Shown here: positions 1 to 10,335 of the stretch, one piece after another
How the letters are laid out: every line of letters begins with the position of its first letter
Position numbering within the stretch: position 1 is the first letter of the stretch
Assembly (NCBI GenBank): GCA_045634865.1
Contig: JAZRBB010000002.1
Span: forward strand, 129,645-193,644
Direction: 5' to 3'
From: Candidatus Enterousia sp.
Lineage (GTDB): Bacteria > Pseudomonadota > Alphaproteobacteria > Rs-D84
Length of the DNA: 64,000 nucleotides
Program-made: the position numbers and the translations under genes
Notes under the pieces: generated by a model
Databases searched by the model: none
What the model was told of the DNA's origin: nothing
What the model saw: the letters and a program-made list of their open reading frames with translations, nothing else

Positions 1-828
1 TTGACACAATCAAAAAATGATATTCAACAGGCTAACAAACGCTTTGTTTTGTCGTATTGGAAAAATGCAATGTTTAATATGAGAAACGGAACTTTTGCAC
101 AAATGTTTCAAGAAAATATCTGCCATCATTATAATTACTATACGAATCAGGCTTATCACCAATCTGTGGCGATACATAAATATGAATACGAATCAACAAA
201 TCGCACAAAGCCTTTGGCTGCGATAGACACTTACCTGAAAAGAATGAATTTAAGTGGAATGACGGCAGAGTTATTTTTACAAAATAATTTTGATAACGCA
301 GAAACTACTGTTGATGTTGATGACGGGGTGACTGTTTTTGACAACAAGGGTAATAAATATTGTAATTATGCTCCAACAAGTCGACAAATTTTAGATAAAA
401 TCACATATTTTGAAAATAATATGCCATATAAAATTATTTTACGAAACAATCAGACAGACGAACAGGAAGAAGTGACTTTCATCGTTGAAAATATGAAAAA
501 GCTAGAATCTGCTATTAAGCAAAGAGATATGAATATCATCAGACAAATTTTTAATGAAGACCCACGTATTCTGAACAGGCAAACAGAGTCATCTGGCGAT
601 TTTCCTTTGTTGATGGCAATACAAAATAATAATCCAGAGGCCGTTGCTTTTATACTTAATAAACAACCTAATTTGCTATTAAAAACCAAAGATGGCCGCA
701 CTATTGTATCTGAATTAGATAAATTACAAGATGCAACCTTTCAGGCGATAATAAAATATTTGTATACTGAACAAGTCAAAGAACGCAGATCAGTAATGGC
801 AGATCAGATTATAGCAAAAATTAAATAA
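1..828 (+). CDS. Hypothetical protein with C-terminal ankyrin-like repeats (may be 5'-truncated by window edge)
   Basis: C-terminal GDFPLLMAIQNNNPEAVAFILNK and TKDGRT motifs resemble ankyrin repeats. Confidence 0.55.
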   Translation: MTQSKNDIQQANKRFVLSYWKNAMFNMRNGTFAQMFQENICHHYNYYTNQAYHQSVAIHKYEYESTNRTKPLAAIDTYLKRMNLSGMTAELFLQNNFDNAETTVDVDDGVTVFDNKGNKYCNYAPTSRQILDKITYFENNMPYKIILRNNQTDEQEEVTFIVENMKKLESAIKQRDMNIIRQIFNEDPRILNRQTESSGDFPLLMAIQNNNPEAVAFILNKQPNLLLKTKDGRTIVSELDKLQDATFQAIIKYLYTEQVKERRSVMADQIIAKIK

Positions 829-876
829 TGAAAATAAAAACTTGCCTTGCTGTGTAGTGGGTGTAATAATAAAATC

Positions 877-915
877 ATGACAATTTTATTTATAAATTTT
901 TACTGTTGTCGATAA
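877..915 (+). CDS. Putative cysS leader peptide MTILFINFYCCR
   Basis: 12-codon ORF with tandem TGT-TGT Cys codons just before the stop, directly upstream of cysS and of alternative hairpins. Confidence 0.6.
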   Translation: MTILFINFYCCR

Positions 916-917
916 TA

Positions 918-954
918 TATGTTTTCTGGCAAACATAGTGTTTGCTTTATTATT
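918..954 (+). promoter_or_regulatory. Putative attenuator (antiterminator/terminator) upstream of cysS
   Basis: tatgttt(918-924)/aaacata(931-937) competes with gcaaaca(929-935)/tgtttgc(939-945), which is followed by tttattatt. Confidence 0.5.
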
Positions 955-998
955 CCTGATTCAATATAATTAAACCAATCTAAACCAAAGGATTATAT

Positions 999-2432
999 AT
1001 GTCATTGAAAGTTTATAATGTTATGTCCAGAACCAAAGAAGACTTTGTTCCTTTAACACCTGGGGAAATCAAGATGTATGCATGCGGTATAACTGTGTCT
1101 GGCGATGCGCATATTGGACATGCATATCAATCTGTGGTGTTTGATGTTATAACAAGGTATTTTCGTTATTTGGGTTATAATGTAAAATATGTTCGCAATT
1201 ATACTGATGTGGACGATAAAATTATCGCAAATGCTGCAAAGACTGGCGAAAATCCAATAGATTTTGCAGAAAAGTATATGAAACAAACAGATGCAGAAAT
1301 GGATGCTTTGGGAAACGAACACCCAACAATTATGGCACGTGCAACACAATGCATAGATGATATTATAAATTTCGTTCAAAAATTGATAGATAATGGCCAT
1401 GCATATGTTTCTGAATTTGGTGATGTGTATTTCAGATTGGACAGTTTTCCACAATATGGTAAATTATCGCATGTTCAAACAGATAAAAACGATACAGGAG
1501 TAAGAAAAAGTATAGAACCAGGAAAGCAAAACGATTTAGATTTTGCATTGTGGAAGTCTGCTAAACCTGGTGAAGTTGCTTGGAAATCTCCATGGGGAAT
1601 GGGACGTCCGGGTTGGCATATTGAGTGCAGCGCTATGAATTTAAAATATTTGGGTGAACAAATTGATATTCATGGCGGCGGACGTGATTTAGTTTTTCCA
1701 CATCATGAAAATGAAATAGCACAAACAGAATCTTTGACGGGTAAAACATTTGCTAAATATTGGATTCATTGTGGGTTAGTCAAGGTTAATGGCCAAAAAA
1801 TGAGCAAATCTTTGAATAATGGTATATTATTGAAAGATGTGTTAGCCAAATATGATGCAGATACAATTCGGTTTGCTCTGTTGCGCAATACTTATTCTGC
1901 AGATATTGATATCACAGATGCTTTACTGCCTGAATCATTGAAACATGTATATAAAATGTATTCTACCTTTGCAACGATAGAAAACAAAGATTTTTCTGGG
2001 GCAGATAAAGCCAAAACAGACGCAAAAATTCAAGAAATTGTGTCTGAGTTTGAAAAGTCTATGAACGACAATTTTAATACTTTGGAAGTAATTGCTGCGG
2101 CATTTGGCTGGTTTAACTTTATAAATGCTGAATTAACTAAGAAAACAACAGAGTATGATTTATATGCAATTGCCAATAAAATCAAAGAATTATTCGGGGT
2201 TTTGAACATATTGCAGAAAGTGCCATCTGAATATATAGCAAAAATCAAATCAGATACATTGCAACAAAACGGTTTGACTGTCGCAGATATAGATAAAGCC
2301 ATTACTGCACGTGCCCAGGCAAAACAAGATAAGGACTGGACAACTGCAGATCAAATTCGTAATGATTTGTTGGCAAAAGGTATTGTCCTGAAAGATGGCG
2401 CAACCGGCACTTCTTGGGATGTAAATCTATAA
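999..2432 (+). CDS. cysS: Cysteine--tRNA ligase
   Basis: [25 protein letters not shown] and KMSKS motifs. Confidence 0.98.
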   Translation: MSLKVYNVMSRTKEDFVPLTPGEIKMYACGITVSGDAHIGHAYQSVVFDVITRYFRYLGYNVKYVRNYTDVDDKIIANAAKTGENPIDFAEKYMKQTDAEMDALGNEHPTIMARATQCIDDIINFVQKLIDNGHAYVSEFGDVYFRLDSFPQYGKLSHVQTDKNDTGVRKSIEPGKQNDLDFALWKSAKPGEVAWKSPWGMGRPGWHIECSAMNLKYLGEQIDIHGGGRDLVFPHHENEIAQTESLTGKTFAKYWIHCGLVKVNGQKMSKSLNNGILLKDVLAKYDADTIRFALLRNTYSADIDITDALLPESLKHVYKMYSTFATIENKDFSGADKAKTDAKIQEIVSEFEKSMNDNFNTLEVIAAAFGWFNFINAELTKKTTEYDLYAIANKIKELFGVLNILQKVPSEYIAKIKSDTLQQNGLTVADIDKAITARAQAKQDKDWTTADQIRNDLLAKGIVLKDGATGTSWDVNL

Positions 2433-2509
2433 TAAAATTTTTATAAAAAACTGCTTGAATATAGCACTTTTTGTGCTATATTTATGGCACGTCTTAAAAA
2501 GGAATATCA

Positions 2510-3037
2510 ATGAATTACCCATATATGCCAAAATCTACCGCTTTGTGGTTGATTGAAAATACTGCTTTAACTTTTGAACAAATTGGTGAATTTTGTGGCT
2601 TGCACGAATTGGAAGTCAAAAATATCGCTGATGCTGAATCTAATAAAATGCAGGGCTTGAACCCGATTATCAATGGTCAAGTTTCGCGCGAAGACATCGA
2701 AAGATGTGAGGCTGATCCAAACGCACGTTTGGTTCTTCGCGATGTTATTATCGAAGCCCAAAAGAAACAAAACAAAAAAGGTGTTGGTTATACACCAAAA
2801 TTACACCGTCAAAACCGTTTGGGTGGTATTTTGTGGATTCTGAAAAATTATCCTGAATTATCAGATGGCCAGGTTGCTCGTTTAATGCGCAGCACAAATC
2901 CGACCGTAAAATCTATTCGTGAAAAAACACATAAATCGTATTCTGTTATCCAGATTCAAAGCCCATTGGTGTTGGGGTTGATTTCTGAATCTGCGTTGCA
3001 CGATGCAATTGCAAAAGCACAAAAATCACACAAATAA
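2510..3037 (+). CDS. trcR: DUF1013 family cell-cycle transcriptional regulator TrcR
   Basis: MPKSTALWLIENTALTFEQIGEFCGLHELEV N-terminus typical of DUF1013. Confidence 0.85.
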   Translation: MNYPYMPKSTALWLIENTALTFEQIGEFCGLHELEVKNIADAESNKMQGLNPIINGQVSREDIERCEADPNARLVLRDVIIEAQKKQNKKGVGYTPKLHRQNRLGGILWILKNYPELSDGQVARLMRSTNPTVKSIREKTHKSYSVIQIQSPLVLGLISESALHDAIAKAQKSHK

Positions 3038-3071
3038 GTTTTATGTTTCACAATAAATCAAAGGTTTTTTT

Positions 3072-5171
3072 ATGGCTAAAAAACTAGATGAAGCAACAAA
3101 ATTATTGATAGATTCTTTGCCAGAAAGTCTGAAAGAATTGGCTCTGTCTGCAACTGAAATTGGCTATTTATCCCAGATGGATTTTAATGCCGCGATTGAG
3201 GCTGATGAGGTTCCAGAAGACGAACGCGATGAAGTTTTGGAATTTTTCAAGCAAGATTTGGAACTGGAAGTCATAGAAACAGACGGCGACAAGTTTGCGC
3301 GTGATATGGAAAAATATTACGAAGAAGATGAAGAAGAATACAATCGTGATAAATCGCACGATTTGTTAAATGCTGATGCCGAACAGGTTGATGTTAACGA
3401 TGACGATTATGAATATTATGCAAAACAATTAGAACGCAGTTCTACGGGTAATTTAGTTCTGGGTGTCCAAGATTCTGTTCAATCTTATCTGAAACAAATC
3501 GGCACTGTTCAATTATTGACTGCTGCGGGCGAAATAGCCATCGCACAACGAATCGAAGCGGCATCGCGCTTGATGGTTTATGGTTTGTGTGAAAGCCCTA
3601 TGACAATTCAGGCAATGCTTGATTGGTATCAGCAGTTATTAAACGGTGATATTCGTTTGCGTCATATTATCAATTTGGAAGTTATGTATTCCAGTGAATC
3701 TGAACAAAAATCTTTGGCTGCTTTGGCAGATACCTTGAAGTCTAAGGGGGTAGAGCAGGTTGATGACTTGGACGATGAAGATTTGGACGATTTGGAAGAA
3801 TCTGTTGCGTCTGATGATGACGACGAAGATGACGAAAACGAAGATGATTTGGAAGATGAAGATGGCAAGAAAGAAGATTCACAACGTGGTTCTTCTGGCG
3901 TCCCAATTCCAGTTATGGAAGACTCTTTGTTGCCCATGATTACAGATTTGTTTGCGAAAATTAAACGCATATTTACCAGTATGCAAAAGTTGCAATCAAA
4001 ACGTTTGGAAAATCTGTTGACTTCATCTAAACCAGATGAAGCATTGGAAAAGAAATATACCAAGGCACGTTTGGAACTGTTCGAATATGTCGGAAAAATT
4101 CGTCTGAATGATGACAGAATTGCTGAAATTATGGAAAAATTGACTCAGCGTGATCAATTGCTGATGGGCTTAGAGGGAAAAATGTTGCGTTTAGCTTTGG
4201 CTTGCAAAATTAAACGTGAAGATTTCTTGGCTGAATATACCGGTAATGAACTGAATCGCAATTGGGTTAAAAAATTGGCTAAAAACAAAAGTGCAGCGTG
4301 GCAGAACTTTGCCAAGAAGCATGAGGCTGATGTGTTGAAGATTCAGGAAGATATCACCGCAATTGCAAAGGAGACAGGTCAACCAACAGCAGAATATAAG
4401 AAAGTGGTTGAATTGGTTCGTCGCGGACAGGCCGAAGCAGCACGTGCTAAACGTGAAATGATAGAGGCTAATTTGCGTTTAGTTATCAAATTCGCTAAAA
4501 AGTCTAGCAATCGTGGTTTGGGACTGGATTTTTCTGATTTGGTTCAAGATGGTAATATCGGTTTGATGAAGGCTGTTGATAAATTTGATTATCGTTTAGG
4601 TAATAAATTTTCTACTTATGCAACAAACTGGATTCAGCAGGGAATTTCGCGCAGTATTGCAGATCAGGCGCGCACAATCAGAATACCAGTGCATATGATT
4701 GATAATATTCACAAGATTCAACGTGCTTCACGTCAGTTTATGCATAAATATGGTCGTCAGCCAACCGCAGAAGAATTGTCCAAGATTATTTATTTGCCAG
4801 TCGACAAGATTCACAAGGCTATGAAATCAAATCTTAAACCAATTTCTTTGGAAGCACCAGTTGGTACCGAAGATGATAGTTCCAGAATTGAAATTATTGC
4901 GGACGAAACAGCTAAAAATCCGTTCACATCTGCAGCCCAGAAAAATTTGCGCAAGATTGTGACACAAATTCTTTCTGAATTGGACCCAAAGGAAGAAACT
5001 GTTTTGCGTCAGCGATTTGGTATGAGCACTAATAAAACCAGTACTTTGGAAGAGGTTGGTGAATATATTGGTGTGACACGTGAACGTATACGTCAGATTG
5101 AACAAAAGGCGTTAAACAAACTAAAACATCCAACACGTGCACGCAAGTTGCGCAGTTTCTTGGAAGATTAA
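3072..5171 (+). CDS. rpoD: RNA polymerase primary sigma factor
   Basis: Region 2 (ANLRLV, GNIGLMKAVDKF), RTIRIPVHM, region 4 (TRERIRQIE), acidic non-conserved region. Confidence 0.97.
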   Translation: MAKKLDEATKLLIDSLPESLKELALSATEIGYLSQMDFNAAIEADEVPEDERDEVLEFFKQDLELEVIETDGDKFARDMEKYYEEDEEEYNRDKSHDLLNADAEQVDVNDDDYEYYAKQLERSSTGNLVLGVQDSVQSYLKQIGTVQLLTAAGEIAIAQRIEAASRLMVYGLCESPMTIQAMLDWYQQLLNGDIRLRHIINLEVMYSSESEQKSLAALADTLKSKGVEQVDDLDDEDLDDLEESVASDDDDEDDENEDDLEDEDGKKEDSQRGSSGVPIPVMEDSLLPMITDLFAKIKRIFTSMQKLQSKRLENLLTSSKPDEALEKKYTKARLELFEYVGKIRLNDDRIAEIMEKLTQRDQLLMGLEGKMLRLALACKIKREDFLAEYTGNELNRNWVKKLAKNKSAAWQNFAKKHEADVLKIQEDITAIAKETGQPTAEYKKVVELVRRGQAEAARAKREMIEANLRLVIKFAKKSSNRGLGLDFSDLVQDGNIGLMKAVDKFDYRLGNKFSTYATNWIQQGISRSIADQARTIRIPVHMIDNIHKIQRASRQFMHKYGRQPTAEELSKIIYLPVDKIHKAMKSNLKPISLEAPVGTEDDSSRIEIIADETAKNPFTSAAQKNLRKIVTQILSELDPKEETVLRQRFGMSTNKTSTLEEVGEYIGVTRERIRQIEQKALNKLKHPTRARKLRSFLED

Positions 5172-5174
5172 AAT

Positions 5175-5204
5175 AAAAGCCCACTAATTTTTAGTGGGCT
5201 TTTT
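5175..5204. terminator. Bidirectional intrinsic terminator
   Basis: aaaagcccacta-atttt-tagtgggctttt between convergent genes. Confidence 0.85.
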
Positions 5205-5216
5205 CAATTTACGTGT

Positions 5217-7130
5217 TTATTTATGAATTGCGCTATAAATAGTTCCTAAATCAGATTTTAATATGGCCGCTTTTACCTTTGTCGCCTCATCTGTTTGGTC
5301 TGCACCGTTTAATATTTTTTCGAAATTGCGAATAAATTGGGTCGCTTGGGATTGAAATACTGTATCAGATTTCAATAACTCACGTATTTGTTTTTTGTCG
5401 GTCGCAGTCAACATCTTTGCCAGCCATTTAGCAAATATTTTATTATCGCCACTATTATATTTTTGCCATACGATATCTGGAATTTCAGCGCCAATCGCGC
5501 GTGTTAAATCAACAGATTGTTCGTACAACTTGTTGAACACATTATCAACTGTGGCCAAAAAATCTTTGGTGCTGATTGGTTTGTAATTTGTGGTGGGGGC
5601 TACCTTGATAGCGTCCATTGGTGCTGTTGCGCGCGCAACAATCATTTGTTTATTCAGGCTTTGCATAGCATCAACCGCTTTGGCATAATCAGACATTAAA
5701 TCAATCATTTGTTGACGCGATTGGCCAGCCAAATCACCAAGTTGAGTTGAAGAATTATTTATATCGTTCAATGATTCTGATATTGTTGTGCGCATAATGC
5801 CAATTTTTTCAACCAAAGCATTTACAATAGAATCCAGGTTTTCACCGATATCTTTTGACCCTTGTGATAAATCGGGCAGGGCTTTGTAATACCGTTCAAT
5901 CAGCTCGGACAATGGTTTTAATTGTTCTGTGGTTTCTTGCGACATTTTTATCAGGTTTTCAGACTGCCCGGATAATTGGGTGTGTGCTTTGTTCATTTCT
6001 ATCAATGTTTCGCGAACACCAACCCCCATACCCTTTACAGAATCTGCAAATTCTGTTGCTGCTGTTTTGGTATTTTCTAATGTAGTATTGGCAACACCAG
6101 ACACTTCTTGTAATTCTTTAACCACGCTGGACGAAAAATCATGTATTTCAGTATTAAATCTGTTTGTTAAACCCGATAATTCATTTGAAATATCATTCAC
6201 AGAAGTTTTTGTTGTGGTTGTAGAATTATTTAATGCCTCTATGGCAGATTCCAATTTGTTGATTTGTTTTTCAATAGAGGTTTCTGATAAGCGGACACGT
6301 GCACCGACAACATTTGCTGTTTCTGTCATGGTGTTTAATTGTTTTACCAATTCTTTATCTGCGCGCTTGCTGAATTCGGACATCTTGGTCAGATAGTCAT
6401 TCAATAATTTGTCATTTTTATGCATCGTTTCATCATAATCTGTGGATGCGGTTTTGATGTTATTAAATCCATCTGTGACACTGGCGCTTAAATTCGTTAG
6501 TTGTTGCTGTAATTCGTTGGCGGATTTGGTGATAGTGGCCATGTTTTCTGCATTGTTCTTGAACGAATCTTGTAATTGAGTTGATATTTGTTGTTCTGAA
6601 TCAGCACACTTTGTTATTTGTTCTTGGATTTGTACAGCATTTTCTGTTGTTGTATGTGTGACATCTTGAATTTTATTCAATAATCCATCAACATTAGAAG
6701 AAAAAGTATCTGCAGCGTTCTGAACATCTATCCAACCATTTGATTCAACAATATGGTGTAAACCATCAACGGTATTGTCTAAACGTTGGGACATATTGGT
6801 TATTTTTTTTACTGCGTCATCAGCGACTTCTATCAATTTGTCAGTTCGCACAGATAGGTCTTGTTTCATTTGTTCACAGTGTTCGATTTGCGTATTTAAT
6901 GTATTAGATATTGATTGGAAATTGTTATCGATTTTATTTATTTCATTTTTCAACAGGGTATCTAAAACCCGAATTGCGGATTGAATTTTTACTTGTTCGG
7001 GGTGTGTCATAATTTCTAACAAATCGCGCATAACACGTTGAGATTTGCGTGAAATAAAAAATAAACAAATTAAAGATATGAACAAAAGTCCACCTAATGA
7101 TACCAATATTATAAACAAAGTTTGATTCAT
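5217..7130 (-). CDS. Membrane-anchored coiled-coil protein, TipN-like polar landmark
   Basis: N-terminal TM helix, long coiled coil, C-terminal VWQKYNSGD...FEKIL...SDLG resembling the TipN C-terminal domain. Confidence 0.6.
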   Translation of the reverse strand: MNQTLFIILVSLGGLLFISLICLFFISRKSQRVMRDLLEIMTHPEQVKIQSAIRVLDTLLKNEINKIDNNFQSISNTLNTQIEHCEQMKQDLSVRTDKLIEVADDAVKKITNMSQRLDNTVDGLHHIVESNGWIDVQNAADTFSSNVDGLLNKIQDVTHTTTENAVQIQEQITKCADSEQQISTQLQDSFKNNAENMATITKSANELQQQLTNLSASVTDGFNNIKTASTDYDETMHKNDKLLNDYLTKMSEFSKRADKELVKQLNTMTETANVVGARVRLSETSIEKQINKLESAIEALNNSTTTTKTSVNDISNELSGLTNRFNTEIHDFSSSVVKELQEVSGVANTTLENTKTAATEFADSVKGMGVGVRETLIEMNKAHTQLSGQSENLIKMSQETTEQLKPLSELIERYYKALPDLSQGSKDIGENLDSIVNALVEKIGIMRTTISESLNDINNSSTQLGDLAGQSRQQMIDLMSDYAKAVDAMQSLNKQMIVARATAPMDAIKVAPTTNYKPISTKDFLATVDNVFNKLYEQSVDLTRAIGAEIPDIVWQKYNSGDNKIFAKWLAKMLTATDKKQIRELLKSDTVFQSQATQFIRNFEKILNGADQTDEATKVKAAILKSDLGTIYSAIHK

Positions 7131-7224
7131 GTTTTCCTTCCCTCAATTAAACAAAGATAAAAATATCGTTCTTGCAGTTATTGGAAATTTATACTAAAAT
7201 ATTTTGCATAAAGCAAGAGCATAA

Positions 7225-9858
7225 ATGAATCCAAAAGAAAAATTTTCACAAGATCAAATGCTGGCTTCGGATCCAACTAAAAATATTTGGGTTCAGGCCA
7301 ATGCAGGAACGGGAAAAACGACTGTTCTTATCCAGCGTTTGTTGCGTATTTTATTTCGTAATGGGTTTTATAATGGTGATAAAGCCCCTGGAATATTATG
7401 TTTAACATATACAAATGCCGCTGCGGGCGAAATGCGTAATCGTATTTTGGCGGGTTTGCGGGAATGGTCAATGGCAGACGACGAAAATTTAACTGAATTG
7501 TTGGATGGTATATCTGAAAAAACGCCCGCTACCAGTGAAGACTTATCATATGCACGCAAAGTCTTTTATAGGTATATCGATAATCCTGATGTGTTGAAAA
7601 TAAAAACTATCCACAGTTTTTGTGAAGAGATATTGCGTAGATTCCCTTTGGAGGCGGGTGTAAGTCCAGCATGGTCATTAGTATCTGGCGCGGCACAAAA
7701 GGTTTTATTACAAGACGCTTTTGAACGTATGATAAATAATTCTTTTAATAATCGGGCAAATATGCAACGAACTTTGGATGCTTTCTATCGAATTGTTGAT
7801 ATAAAATCAGAACATTTTCTAAGTGATTTGCAAAGTTTATTGATTGGGCGTTATAAATCTTTCTTTCAAATTGATAACCCAGAACAACATCGTGAATATT
7901 TTATTGAAAAGACGAAAGAAATTTTGCATTTAACCAAGCCTGTTGATATCACTGTTGATACAGAAAGTCTGACGAAAGTTCTAAATTTTGCACAAAGTTG
8001 TATAAATAAAACAAAAAAGCCGGCACAATATATGCAAAATATTGTAAAATATACACAACAGTATATTGATAAGACTGTTGATTTTGTTGTTTATAAAAAT
8101 GTATATTTAACACAGGAAAATGCCATAGCAAAAAATGTATTAAAAGATGATATTTTAGCCCAAGAAGCCCGGCGTGTATACGAAATTCAGCAATATTTAT
8201 TAAATGAAAGGGTGTTCAAGGATACTATGGCGGTTTTTGATTTGGCTATGGATTTTGCAGATAATTATCGTAAGGTCAAACAAGAACACAATGTTCTGGA
8301 TTTTGAGGATTTGATTCTTTATACCCAAAAATTATTTAATAAACCTGGGGTGATGGGGTGGGTGTTGTCTCAATTGGATGTGTCTCTTGGGCATATTTTA
8401 GTTGATGAGGCGCAAGATACAAGCCTGCAACAATGGAATATTTTGCGGACATTGGCGGGTGATTTTTTTGTTGATGGCGATAAAGAGAATAACCATTCTA
8501 TGTTTGTTGTTGGTGATACCAAGCAATCGATTTATGGTTTCCAAAATGCGGATCCTGTGGCTTTTGCGGAATCGCGTAATGCTATAGCAGAACAGATAAA
8601 GCAAAATTACAGGGCTATTCAAGAGGTTTCGTTAGATCAAAGTTATAGATCGGTTGAGCCAATATTGAAAACGGTTGATTATTTTTTTGATAATCCAAGT
8701 GTTATTCGTGATACAGGTTTTCATAATAATAAACATTTTTGTCATCGTAAGGGTGACGAGGGTTTTGTAGAAATGCATAACTTATCAAAATATGATGCAA
8801 CAGGAACCGATAAAAACAAGCAGTATGTAAAAACCATAGCTGATAAAATAGAATCTTTGGTAAAAGAAGAGAATGTGCAACCAAAAGATATAATGGTTCT
8901 GGTTCAGAAACGTGGTTCGTTTGCAGGACCTTTGGAATTGGCATTGAAGAAGAAGGGTATAGAAGTTGCAGGTAGTGACAGGGTAAATTTGCCATATTTT
9001 CCGGCGATAAAAGACATGCTGCACTTGATAAGATTCTGCATAGATAATACAAATGATTATAGTTTATGTTGTTTGTTAAAAAGTCCGATTTATCGATTGA
9101 CAGAAGTTGATATTTTTAATTTATGTAAAATAAAAAATGATTCAACGAGCAAAGAAAAACTGATAACAATTTTTGATGTTTTGCAAGAAAAGCACCCAGA
9201 TATTTATGCTGATTTGGTTGATATGGTTGAGCAGTCTAAAAAACTGGCACCATATTCATTTTTTACATATGTATTAAATAAAAATCATAATCGTGAACGT
9301 ATAATTGCTGCTTTGGGCAAACAGGTTATTGACCCATTGGAAGAGTTTTTAACAATATGTTTGTCATATGAAAGAACTCAGCCTGGCACATTATATAATT
9401 TTATAAAATGGTTTATTACGGGTGACAGCGAAATTAAACGCGATATGGACGCCAGTCAGGGCGTTCGTATAATGACTGTTCATGGTAGCAAAGGTTTGGC
9501 ATCACCAGTCGTATTTTTAATAGATACAGTATATGTTCCAAAACAAGAATCTATATTAAATACTAACTATCTGCATAATAATCCAAATTATGATTTATGG
9601 TTGTGGAAAACGGATAATTCGGATGCGGTTCAGGCTATCGCTGATAAAAACAGGCAAGATGATATTGCAGAATATTATCGTCTATTGTATGTTGCCATGA
9701 CACGCACACGTGATAAATTATATATTTATGGTTGTGATATGGCGCATGTCCCAGAAATATCGTGGCATACACAATTATGGAATGTTTTGTCTGGTATCAA
9801 AGATGCCTATATTGATGAAAATACAATCAGGATTACAAATGGCACAAAATTTGAATGA
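7225..9858 (+). CDS. addA: AddA helicase (UvrD/SF1), lacking C-terminal nuclease domain
   Basis: ANAGTGKT, TIHSFC, LVDEAQD, VGDTKQSIY, MTVHGSKGL, RLLYVAMTR motifs. Confidence 0.9.
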   Translation: MNPKEKFSQDQMLASDPTKNIWVQANAGTGKTTVLIQRLLRILFRNGFYNGDKAPGILCLTYTNAAAGEMRNRILAGLREWSMADDENLTELLDGISEKTPATSEDLSYARKVFYRYIDNPDVLKIKTIHSFCEEILRRFPLEAGVSPAWSLVSGAAQKVLLQDAFERMINNSFNNRANMQRTLDAFYRIVDIKSEHFLSDLQSLLIGRYKSFFQIDNPEQHREYFIEKTKEILHLTKPVDITVDTESLTKVLNFAQSCINKTKKPAQYMQNIVKYTQQYIDKTVDFVVYKNVYLTQENAIAKNVLKDDILAQEARRVYEIQQYLLNERVFKDTMAVFDLAMDFADNYRKVKQEHNVLDFEDLILYTQKLFNKPGVMGWVLSQLDVSLGHILVDEAQDTSLQQWNILRTLAGDFFVDGDKENNHSMFVVGDTKQSIYGFQNADPVAFAESRNAIAEQIKQNYRAIQEVSLDQSYRSVEPILKTVDYFFDNPSVIRDTGFHNNKHFCHRKGDEGFVEMHNLSKYDATGTDKNKQYVKTIADKIESLVKEENVQPKDIMVLVQKRGSFAGPLELALKKKGIEVAGSDRVNLPYFPAIKDMLHLIRFCIDNTNDYSLCCLLKSPIYRLTEVDIFNLCKIKNDSTSKEKLITIFDVLQEKHPDIYADLVDMVEQSKKLAPYSFFTYVLNKNHNRERIIAALGKQVIDPLEEFLTICLSYERTQPGTLYNFIKWFITGDSEIKRDMDASQGVRIMTVHGSKGLASPVVFLIDTVYVPKQESILNTNYLHNNPNYDLWLWKTDNSDAVQAIADKNRQDDIAEYYRLLYVAMTRTRDKLYIYGCDMAHVPEISWHTQLWNVLSGIKDAYIDENTIRITNGTKFE

Positions 9859-10294
9859 TTTTTTACAAAAAAACATGTCTAAACAATACGCAACAGAAAG
9901 TGGAATAAAAATGCATTTGCTGTTGCAGGGCGTTGTTATTGATACGATTAATGGCAATCGTGGCGATGATGAACTGGTATCTATTATATCGAACAAGCCT
10001 GAATTAAAGCCGTTTTTTGTTTCAGATGCCAAGACCGAGGTTCCAATTGCAGGCATTATTCATGGTGTTTTTGTCAGCAGACGTATCGACCGTTTGTTGA
10101 TAAACGATAAAGATAAAACGGTTGTTTTTATGGATTATAAAACAGATTTGAACAAAACAGAATTCTATGATAAATACAAGAAACAGTTGTTGGAATATGC
10201 AGAATTGTTGCGTTCGGCTTATCCGAAATATAAAATAAATGGTTTTATTTTATGGACACATGATTGGCAACTGGAACAGGTCGTTTCTGTATAA
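9839..10294 (+). CDS. PD-(D/E)XK RecB-family nuclease (AddA nuclease domain as a separate ORF)
   Basis: GIKMHLLLQ, EVPI, RIDRL, MDYKT, QLLEY motifs; ATG 9839 with AGGA upstream, overlapping the end of addA. Confidence 0.8.
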   Translation: MAQNLNDFLQKNMSKQYATESGIKMHLLLQGVVIDTINGNRGDDELVSIISNKPELKPFFVSDAKTEVPIAGIIHGVFVSRRIDRLLINDKDKTVVFMDYKTDLNKTEFYDKYKKQLLEYAELLRSAYPKYKINGFILWTHDWQLEQVVSV

Positions 10295-10335
10295 AAAACT
10301 TGAATTTTCTGAATTGTTTTGGCTATAATTCGGTC

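Noticed and set aside
3760-3880. Asp/Glu-rich low-complexity repeat in rpoD
   Set aside because: Normal acidic non-conserved region of primary sigma70 factors
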